A DNA stretch of 64,000 nt, from contig JAUWLF010000007.1 of the NCBI GenBank assembly GCA_030613785.1, positions 4,191-68,190 on the forward strand, given 5' to 3'. The notes below the pieces were generated by a model that was given only the letters and a program-made list of their open reading frames with translations, was not told the DNA's origin and did no database searches. Numbering within the stretch: the first letter of the stretch is position 1; every line of letters starts with the position of its first letter. The DNA comes from Chloroflexota bacterium. GTDB taxonomy: Bacteria; Chloroflexota; Anaerolineae; UBA7937; B3-Chlor. Made by a program: the position numbers and the translations under genes. This document shows, piece after piece, positions 56,935-64,000 of the stretch.

Positions 56935-58224
56935 TCACTCATCTGAGTTCCCCTCATCCCTGTGAGAGTCATGGTTCCCGCCGGGGGTGGCAGAAGCTGG
57001 GCCGGCGGGCGTGATCGCGAACCGCTTCTTGCCCCCGGCCATCTTTCCGATGAGGAGGAAGGCCACAGCAGAGACCAACCCTATGGCGGCCATGACGGGC
57101 CAGATGAGGATGGGGCTTAGCCTATCGTTTATCATACCACCAGCCACGGGACCGAGTCCAAAGGACAGACCCCAAGTCATACCGTACACCCCCATGTAGC
57201 GGCCTCGCATGTCCTCTGGGGCCACATTGGCGACGAAGGCTGTTGAGGCGGGAGCGAAGATCAGCTCACCGATGGTCACGATCACCATGCTCAAGAGGAA
57301 CGTGCCGAAGCTGCTGGAGAAGGCCACGGCTCCCACGCCCAGGGCCGTGAACAGGGCGCCCCATGCCATGGCAGATCCCATGCGATAGCGTCTCAGGACA
57401 CGTGTTATGGGGTACTGGAAGAGCACTACCATGGCTGCATTCGTGGCCATGATCAGCCCAAACTGACTCTCGAGTATCTGGTACTGATCTTTGATATAGA
57501 CGGGGAAGATGGTCATCATCTGGACATAGGCTATGCCCATCACCGCGAAGGCAAGACAAAAGAGCAGGAAGGTGCGGTCTCGCAGCAGATAGCCATAGCC
57601 GCCGTTTCCAGGTCCCGAATTGCGACTGGCCTCCTCGGACTCCGGCTTGGTCTCCCTGACGAAGAGCAGGATGATGAGGAAGTACAAGGCTGAGGAGACG
57701 GCAGCGGCCAGGAAGGAGATGAAATACGAGCGAGTGGCGATGAAGCCGCCGATGGCGGGGCCGATGGCGATCCCCAGGTTCGACACAATCCGTATCAGGC
57801 CGTAGGCCTCCACTCGTTTCTCGGACCGGACAATGTCCGCGACCATGGCGTTCATGCCCGGGTTGTACATGGAACCGAAAAACCCAGAGATGACAATGAG
57901 AATTACGAAAGAGGGGAGGGAGTTGGCCAGTCCAAGCCCGACCATGACGATGGCCCGAGTGCCCAGGCTGACGGTCATGGCCATCTTCCTCCCGAAGCGG
58001 TCCACCAAAGGCCCTGCCACAAGCTGGGAGAGCAGACCAGCCGCAGCGCTCGCGGCCAGGACCAAGCCCACCACGGTCAGTGGAACGCCCAGCTTGTCGT
58101 GAACGTAGATGGTCATGAAGGGCCATATCAGACTGGTGCCGCTGGCGCTCACCAGCGTGCCGAAAAACAGAACCCAGAACTGCCTGGGATAGCCCGACAG
58201 AGCCGCTTTGAGCCTCGATGTCAC
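56935..58224 (-). CDS. MFS transporter (drug:H+ antiporter-like)
   Basis: GPLVDRFGRK motif A, GIAIGPAIGG and APEDMRGRY; 12 TMs. Confidence 0.92.
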   Translation of the reverse strand: MTSRLKAALSGYPRQFWVLFFGTLVSASGTSLIWPFMTIYVHDKLGVPLTVVGLVLAASAAAGLLSQLVAGPLVDRFGRKMAMTVSLGTRAIVMVGLGLANSLPSFVILIVISGFFGSMYNPGMNAMVADIVRSEKRVEAYGLIRIVSNLGIAIGPAIGGFIATRSYFISFLAAAVSSALYFLIILLFVRETKPESEEASRNSGPGNGGYGYLLRDRTFLLFCLAFAVMGIAYVQMMTIFPVYIKDQYQILESQFGLIMATNAAMVVLFQYPITRVLRRYRMGSAMAWGALFTALGVGAVAFSSSFGTFLLSMVIVTIGELIFAPASTAFVANVAPEDMRGRYMGVYGMTWGLSFGLGPVAGGMINDRLSPILIWPVMAAIGLVSAVAFLLIGKMAGGKKRFAITPAGPASATPGGNHDSHRDEGNSDE

Positions 58225-59306
58225 TTGTCTTGCTGCTCCTGTTCGTACAGGTAGGCCATGAGCTGCGCTGAGAGGTTCTTTATCTCGCCGCGGCGCGCTT
58301 CGTACGCGATGTGGTTGTCCATCGGCCTTTCCTCTATCAGACTCGCCTCCTTGAGGATGCGCAGATGGCGCGAGACCGACGGCTGAGAGATGTGGCAGAT
58401 CTCAGCCAGCTTCCGTCCATATAGCTGAGGCTCTCGTACGATCCACTTCAGCAACCGCAACCGTGTCTTGTCGCCCAACGCCTTTCCGATGGCGATGATG
58501 TCCTCTTCGAGTTTTCCCAACTCCTCCCGGCGCTGTTCCGTGAAGTGACAGTCATAGATCACGGTGATGGAGCCATATCCGTAGAACATCAGGTGAGGGG
58601 GGCCAAAATGCGATGGCACCAAGACTATCTCCCTCGTGGAATACCCTCGCGGAATCTGCTCAGGAAGCTCAGACTTGCCAGACAGCTTCCTCACGAACTC
58701 CTGCGCATCTTGGCGGGACAAGGCCATCGATTTCTCAGCGATGCTCTCGTCCCAGGTTTCATGGCATGCTTTGCTCTTCTCTTTGAAGTGGACGGTCCAG
58801 TACCGTCTCCACAGTCTCACTATTCTCGCTTTGAATGTCTCCGGTTCAGCCAACAGCTCCAGGTACCCTGCCGTTCGATATCTCCTCTTGGTGTGAGCAG
58901 ACACTTCCTGGAAGGCATGGGTGATGAGGGATAGCAACGACTGCTCGTTCGGTTCCAGTCTTGCCATCTCCTCAGGTGTGGCCAGGCGGCCGAGTACGTA
59001 GAACAAGAACTGGGGGACGCTCAACTGCTCCACCCAGTTGAGAAACCCGTCAACGTCGTGGTGGTCAGGATAGTCAATGGCCAGTTCCATCAATAGGATG
59101 CCGTTCTCAAAGCGGCCATACAAGAAGTCCAGATCGTCCAGTACGTCCTGCGGCAATACAGCATTGGTCTGCTCGACCCAGCTCTCGTGGCGCCGGCTTG
59201 GATGCTGCAAGGCCCCTAGACTGAGCAACATCTCATATATGGTGGAGGTTCGAAAAGTGATCATAGAGCGGAACTCGTCCGTGTCCGTAGCTACTAGTGG
59301 TGCCAT
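58221..59306 (-). CDS. ArsR-family regulator with large N-terminal domain
   Basis: C-terminal KALGDKTRLRLL...SQPSVSRHLRILKEA winged HTH. Confidence 0.85.
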   Translation of the reverse strand: MAPLVATDTDEFRSMITFRTSTIYEMLLSLGALQHPSRRHESWVEQTNAVLPQDVLDDLDFLYGRFENGILLMELAIDYPDHHDVDGFLNWVEQLSVPQFLFYVLGRLATPEEMARLEPNEQSLLSLITHAFQEVSAHTKRRYRTAGYLELLAEPETFKARIVRLWRRYWTVHFKEKSKACHETWDESIAEKSMALSRQDAQEFVRKLSGKSELPEQIPRGYSTREIVLVPSHFGPPHLMFYGYGSITVIYDCHFTEQRREELGKLEEDIIAIGKALGDKTRLRLLKWIVREPQLYGRKLAEICHISQPSVSRHLRILKEASLIEERPMDNHIAYEARRGEIKNLSAQLMAYLYEQEQQDK

Positions 59307-59408
59307 GATGCCTCTCCTACAGGTTATGTGCCAGGAACCGATATCGTTCGACGCCGCGATGCGCAGTTCTTGTACACAAGAGGTATGAGGAGTATAGTCT
59401 ATTCGCTA

Positions 59409-59449
59409 ATTGTCTCATAGCTTATAGCGTATTGTCTCCTGCTTGTCAA
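59409..59449 (-). promoter_or_regulatory. Promoter of the ArsR-MFS-ABC unit with overlapping direct repeat
   Basis: TTGACA-17-TATAAG (59449-59421); ATTGTCTC at 59409 and 59431. Confidence 0.6.
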
Positions 59450-59491
59450 GCTCCCGGAGTCCGACAAACCTTGAACCTGGGCAGGATATGT

Positions 59492-59520
59492 TTGACTTTG
59501 CATCCACAGGCAGCTAGAAT
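59492..59520 (+). promoter_or_regulatory. sigma70 promoter for the second htrA
   Basis: TTGACT-17-TAGAAT. Confidence 0.65.
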
Positions 59521-59563
59521 GAGTATGGTGGCTCACCATCAGTTGGTATGAAGAGCAGAGATC

Positions 59564-60775
59564 ATGGTTCGTGCCTTGAGAGAGAAGCTACGGGGATGTG
59601 TCTATCGGCGGTGGGTTTGCCTGGTAGCTGCCTTCTGGGTGCTTGTGACGGTGACGCTCCTGGCGTGTACATCCCTTCCTGCGGTTCTGAGTCCCACCTC
59701 TGAGTTGGGAGCCAGGGAGACAGTAACGCCCATCATAGTGGTGGTCACCCCAACATCGCTTCCTCAGGCGATGGTGGATGAGGCCAGCGCCGAGGATCGG
59801 CTGCTGATCAACATCTATGAACGAGTCAACCCGGCTGTCGTGAACATAGAGGTCATCAGGCCTGTAGCCCCGACGTCCCACAGCGAATTTTTCCAGGAGG
59901 GCGAGGGCTCTGGGTTCATCATTGACCAGGAAGGTCGGATCGTCACCAACCACCACGTGGTCGAAGGCGCGGAGGAGGTGCAGGTGACACTACACGACGG
60001 CACTATAGTGGAGGCTGAGGTGCTGGGCACGGACGCCCATAGTGACTTAGCGGTGATAGACATAGATTTCCCTCCCGAGGCCCTACGCTGGGTGGAGTTG
60101 GGAGATTCAGACCTGTTGCAGGTTGGGCAGCGAGCGATAGCTATCGGCAACCCCTTTGGCCTGGAAGGGACTCTGACCACTGGCGTCATTAGCGCGCTGG
60201 GCCGGACACTGCCTGCTGAAACTCTGTTCGCCATCCCGGAGGTTATACAGACCGATGCGGCCATCAACCCGGGCAATTCGGGAGGGCCCCTGCTGGATGC
60301 CCAGGGATCGGTCATAGGGGTCAATACAGCCATAAGAACGACGACTGGAGGCAATACCGGGGTGGGGTTCGCAGTGCCCATCAATCTGGCAAAACGGGTG
60401 ATCCCACAGCTTATCGCTCAAGGATACTATGACCACCCGCAACTGGGCATCAGGGGAGTCTCCATCACCCCCCTGCTAGCGGACGAGCTGGATCTGGTGG
60501 TCGAAAGGGGAATCTTGGTATCGGAGGTCACAGCCAACAGTGCTGCCGAGAAGGCGGGAATGCGTGGTGGATCGGGAGAGGTGCAGATCAGAGGCGATCG
60601 TATCGTCGCGGGCGGAGACATCATCATCAGGATCGACGACAGGGAAGTGGTCCAGTTTGAGGATCTGCTGTCCTACCTGGTCATGGAAACGGAGGTAGGG
60701 CAAGAGGTGGCGGTAGGGATCATTCGAGACGGGGACGAGCAAACCTTGAAGGTGGTGCTGGCAGCCCGTCCGTGA
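59564..60775 (+). CDS. htrA: HtrA/DegP-family serine protease with PDZ, probable lipoprotein
   Basis: LLAC lipobox, TNHHVV, SDLAVI, GNSGGPL and PDZ. Confidence 0.92.
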   Translation: MVRALREKLRGCVYRRWVCLVAAFWVLVTVTLLACTSLPAVLSPTSELGARETVTPIIVVVTPTSLPQAMVDEASAEDRLLINIYERVNPAVVNIEVIRPVAPTSHSEFFQEGEGSGFIIDQEGRIVTNHHVVEGAEEVQVTLHDGTIVEAEVLGTDAHSDLAVIDIDFPPEALRWVELGDSDLLQVGQRAIAIGNPFGLEGTLTTGVISALGRTLPAETLFAIPEVIQTDAAINPGNSGGPLLDAQGSVIGVNTAIRTTTGGNTGVGFAVPINLAKRVIPQLIAQGYYDHPQLGIRGVSITPLLADELDLVVERGILVSEVTANSAAEKAGMRGGSGEVQIRGDRIVAGGDIIIRIDDREVVQFEDLLSYLVMETEVGQEVAVGIIRDGDEQTLKVVLAARP

Positions 60776-60850
60776 ACAGGCTTCCCGGATGGGAGATGGC
60801 ATCGGCTGTGTCCTTTTCCATCACCTGCGGTAGAGAACGAGGAGAAAGAC

Positions 60851-61195
60851 CTGGAATCTGGGGAGCTGGCTAGGGAACTGGTAAGAGCGATTAGTGATAA
60901 GAAGGGTTCGGACATCGTGTTGTTTGATGTCCGAACCGTGTCGTTGCTGGCCGACTATTTCATCATCTGTAGCGGGGACACCGAGCGACAGGTCAAAGCC
61001 ATCGTTGACGATGTGATCGAGAGGGCCAAGGATCTCGGCTTCAAGCCACTCCAGACCGAGGGCGCGCCGGCGTCTGGCTGGATGGTCTTGGACTACGGCA
61101 ACGTCATCGCGCACATATTCTTGCCCCCTCAACGAGACTACTACCAGTTGGAGGAGTTGTGGAGCGATGCTCAGCTAGTGGTCAGGATACAGTGA
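60851..61195 (+). CDS. rsfS: Ribosome silencing factor RsfS (CTG start)
   Basis: DKKGSDIV, ADYFIICSG, WMVLDYG..IAHIF and YYQLEELW. Confidence 0.92.
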   Translation: MESGELARELVRAISDKKGSDIVLFDVRTVSLLADYFIICSGDTERQVKAIVDDVIERAKDLGFKPLQTEGAPASGWMVLDYGNVIAHIFLPPQRDYYQLEELWSDAQLVVRIQ

Positions 61196-61211
61196 GGCGA
61201 CTCGGAGCAGT

Positions 61212-61928
61212 CTAGCAGAAGCTCTCTTTCAGCCTTCCCCACAATCTCGGCAGCTCCTCCGCGGCCGGACCCAAGATGACTTCATCCGCCCACGGTGATA
61301 GGGGCGTCTTCTCCAAGTTCACTTCAATTAGATATGCTCCACTGTCTTTGGCGATGGCTGGCAAAGAGGCCGCTGGCTGCACCACGGCAGAGGTGCCCAC
61401 CACCAGCATCAATTGACACCTCTCCACTGCTCGGTAGGCCGCCGAAATCCTGTCAGGATCGAGAGACTCGCCGAACCACACCACATGAGGCCGTAGAGGG
61501 GCCCCGCATGAGCACATGGGCGGTATCTGAGGCAGTGGCACATCGTGGTTCTCGGAGGTGGCGTTCTCAGCTGTGCAGCGCATCTCCCAGATGTTACCGT
61601 GCAGCTCCACTATACGGCTGCTACCGGCGCGTTGATGCAAACCGTCCACGTTCTGAGTAATGAGTACGAAGTCCTCACAACGCGTTTCCATGTCGACCAG
61701 AGTGCGGTGAGCCGCATTGGGTTCGCAACTGGCAATCAGTCCGCGTCTCCAATCATACCATTCCCAAACCAGGATGGGGTCACGCTGAAAAGCCCCGGGA
61801 GTTGCCAGTTCTTCGGCGCGGTACTGACGCCAAAGCCCATCTTTCCCCCGGAAGGTCGGCACGTTGCTCTCGGCCGATATGCCGGCACCTGTCAGCACCG
61901 CTACTGAATCGAAACGTCGGGCCATCAA
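61212..61928 (-). CDS. cobB: NAD-dependent protein deacylase (class III sirtuin)
   Basis: GAGISAES, TQNVDGLH, ELHG, PHVVWFGE and YxxR (WYDWRR). Confidence 0.93.
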   Translation of the reverse strand: MMARRFDSVAVLTGAGISAESNVPTFRGKDGLWRQYRAEELATPGAFQRDPILVWEWYDWRRGLIASCEPNAAHRTLVDMETRCEDFVLITQNVDGLHQRAGSSRIVELHGNIWEMRCTAENATSENHDVPLPQIPPMCSCGAPLRPHVVWFGESLDPDRISAAYRAVERCQLMLVVGTSAVVQPAASLPAIAKDSGAYLIEVNLEKTPLSPWADEVILGPAAEELPRLWGRLKESFC

Positions 61929-61948
61929 GTCTTCACCGCGCTGACGGG

Positions 61949-62539
61949 CTAGAACATGACGTCCTCAGCGGCACTATTGTAGAAGCAGAGCTCCTCTTTG
62001 GAGAACCAGTAGCCAATCTCGTACTCTGCCTCCTCCGCGTCGCTGGAGGCGTGGACCAGGTTCCTGACCGCTCTTTTCAATTCGTTGGCCACGATGGGCG
62101 AGGTGATGGAGAAATCGCCTCTGATTGTCCCCGGGTCGGCGAAAGCGGGCAATGTGAAACCACACATCTTCCTAACCACGCTGATGGCGTGGGCACCCTC
62201 CAGGGCCAGCGCCACGATGGGCCCCGAAGTCAGGTAATCCACGTTCCATCCCTTTATCATGTTGCCGATCTTCACGGGGTCGTCAGTGCCCAGTTCCTGG
62301 ATGGGGTCTTTGCCCTGCTCACGATAAGTCTCCAGCGTCTTTTCGCCCATGCCTCTGATCCATTCAGGCGTATTGGGATAGTGGTTCTCAGAGAACTCCC
62401 GTGAAACCTTGACCATCTTCAATCCCACGATTTTCAAGCCTGCCTGCTCAAACCTGGCCAGTACTCTTCCCACTAGCCCTCTCCTGACCCCATCGGGCTT
62501 GACCAGTACCAGAGTTCTCTCTTGCAAGTCCGGTCTCAT
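61949..62539 (-). CDS. ndk: Nucleoside-diphosphate kinase (long form)
   Basis: ERTLVLVKPDG, PGTIRGDF and NLVHAS. Confidence 0.93.
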   Translation of the reverse strand: MRPDLQERTLVLVKPDGVRRGLVGRVLARFEQAGLKIVGLKMVKVSREFSENHYPNTPEWIRGMGEKTLETYREQGKDPIQELGTDDPVKIGNMIKGWNVDYLTSGPIVALALEGAHAISVVRKMCGFTLPAFADPGTIRGDFSITSPIVANELKRAVRNLVHASSDAEEAEYEIGYWFSKEELCFYNSAAEDVMF

Positions 62540-62634
62540 TGCGCTTTTTCTCCGTTATCCTCCCACATCGTAAGGGCGCATGGAAAAGCCACACGCCCTT
62601 GAGTAACACGGGACGATGCTCACCTTGGTAAGCG

Positions 62635-64000
62635 TCAACTTCCCAGCCTCACTCTGAGCCAGCGATACTCGCTCAGCGCCTTTTGAAGACGACCACCCTT
62701 CATGTAGGCGTCGGCCAGCAACTCGTGGGTGGGCAGATGATCGGGAGCATCGTCAACAGTGGCTTCGAGATCATCTATCACGTCATCGAAGAGACTACTC
62801 CCATAGGAGATTAGCTCGCTGTAGTGGAACAGTGCCTGATCCAGGTCCCCCATCTGTGCGTAGGCGCGAGCCAGCGCCAGGCGGGCGTCGTGATCTCTGG
62901 GGCGGGAGGTCAGATGCTCCAGGTAGTCCTCGATGGTCCAGGCTGCCCGATCCGCCTCCTCCTCGATCTGGTCAGCTGGAGGGGCTACTTCCGCCAGCGG
63001 TTCCCGTGGCACGGCCTGTATCGGCGGCTGCTCTTCCTCGACGAATGGTGGCACTACCTCCCGTGTGAGGACAGGCTCAACTTCTTCCTTAGCCATTGGT
63101 GCTGGTGGCCGCGCCAACACTTCCTCGGCCGGGGCCTCAGCTTCCTCCGATGGGATGGCTGTCTTGTGTCTCTCAGCCTCTGCCCTCAGCTCCAGCAACC
63201 AGGCTGGCAGTTCCTCTTCATCAGTTGGCATCTCTTCCAGACGGGCCTCGAGTTCCTCCGAGAGGAGTGTGACCTCTCCTGCCGCAGCCTCCGCCCTCAG
63301 TTCCTGCAGCCAGGAAGGCAACTCCCCTTCCTCAGTTGGCGCCTCTACTTCCCGAACGGTGGGCTCGATCTCCTCCGGCCGGGCCTGAGCTTGCTCTGGC
63401 GTGGGGACTGCTTCCTCCTTCTCAGCTTCAGTCCTCAGATCCTCCAGCCAGGATGGCGCTTCTTCTTGCTCAATGGGCGCTAGGGCCTCTGGAAGACGAG
63501 CATCAGCCTGCTCCGGGGGAGCCGCGACTTCTTCTGGTGCTGACTCAGCTCTCAGTTGCCGCAGCCAGGATGGTATCTCCTCTTCGGAGATGGCCACTGC
63601 TGCTTCCTCAGTAGGAGCCTCAACTTCCTGTGGGCCAACTTCCCCTTCCGCTGTTGGGCGCTCCGCACTCAAGTCACGGAGCCAAGAGGGCATCTCCTCT
63701 TCCGAAATCGGCACCGCTGCTTCCGCAGGGAGAGCCTCGGCTTCCTCAGATGGAGCGAGGGCCTCTTCCTTGGCCTCAGGTCCCAAGCCCCGGAGCCAGG
63801 TCGGTATCTCTTCTTCCTCGACGGTCCTTGCTACTTCTTCTATGGGAGGCTCAACTTCCTTTGGAGCGGTCTCCGCCTCTTCTCTGGCTGCTTCTGCCCT
63901 GAGTTCTCGTAGCCAAGGTGGCATCTCCTCTTCCGGGATGGGCATCGCGGCTTTCTCCGCAGGAGCGGAAGCTTCCTCTGGAACGGCGGCTGGCTCTTCT
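62635..64000 (-). CDS. C-terminal part of a large acidic Glu/Pro-rich repeat protein with C-terminal TPR domain (5' end beyond window)
   Basis: Frame open to the window end; seven EE.P.WL repeats; TPR-like ARLALARAY and LADAYMKGG.LQKAL. Confidence 0.85.
   Translation of the reverse strand, partial: EEPAAVPEEASAPAEKAAMPIPEEEMPPWLRELRAEAAREEAETAPKEVEPPIEEVARTVEEEEIPTWLRGLGPEAKEEALAPSEEAEALPAEAAVPISEEEMPSWLRDLSAERPTAEGEVGPQEVEAPTEEAAVAISEEEIPSWLRQLRAESAPEEVAAPPEQADARLPEALAPIEQEEAPSWLEDLRTEAEKEEAVPTPEQAQARPEEIEPTVREVEAPTEEGELPSWLQELRAEAAAGEVTLLSEELEARLEEMPTDEEELPAWLLELRAEAERHKTAIPSEEAEAPAEEVLARPPAPMAKEEVEPVLTREVVPPFVEEEQPPIQAVPREPLAEVAPPADQIEEEADRAAWTIEDYLEHLTSRPRDHDARLALARAYAQMGDLDQALFHYSELISYGSSLFDDVIDDLEATVDDAPDHLPTHELLADAYMKGGRLQKALSEYRWLRVRLGS

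Noticed and set aside
62635-64000. CRISPR array or DNA tandem repeat
   Set aside because: The repeats are degenerate, in-frame protein repeats with no identical repeat-spacer structure and no cas genes.

Overview
A gene-dense bacterial window of roughly 58-60% GC. Gene content (acidic PxWL-repeat TPR protein, DUF1786, HtrA lipoproteins) suggests an anaerobic Chloroflexota/Anaerolineae genome; this is an inference. The core is a ~25 kb co-oriented catabolic island (9.98-35.3 kb) carrying nearly all signature enzymes of the anaerobic indole-3-acetate (iaa) pathway: split B12 acyl-CoA mutase with a remodelled active site, ATP-dependent hydantoinase A/B, class III CoA-transferases, Mo-hydroxylases, and acyl-CoA dehydrogenases lacking the catalytic Glu. 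Here these sit with an upstream funnel of TrpB2, an SbnI/SerK-like serine kinase, an aminotransferase and indolepyruvate:ferredoxin oxidoreductase, plus an atypical 4-hydroxybenzoyl-CoA-reductase-like Mo enzyme. Together they suggest an indole -> Trp -> indolepyruvate -> indoleacetate -> aminobenzoyl-CoA route. A second unusual locus (40-54 kb) links a GAF kinase, GDH and a response regulator to a bifurcating-type NuoEFG/HydBC module, a remodelled HdrA-MvhD, an FrhB-like protein and glutamate-synthase FMN/GXGXG subunits with no amidotransferase. Also present: a pseudokinase, ion-transport genes, two structured 5' leaders, several pseudogenes, a CTG-start rsfS and housekeeping genes. No CRISPR array, rRNA, tRNA or transposase was recognised. 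All calls come from reading the sequence; no searches were run.
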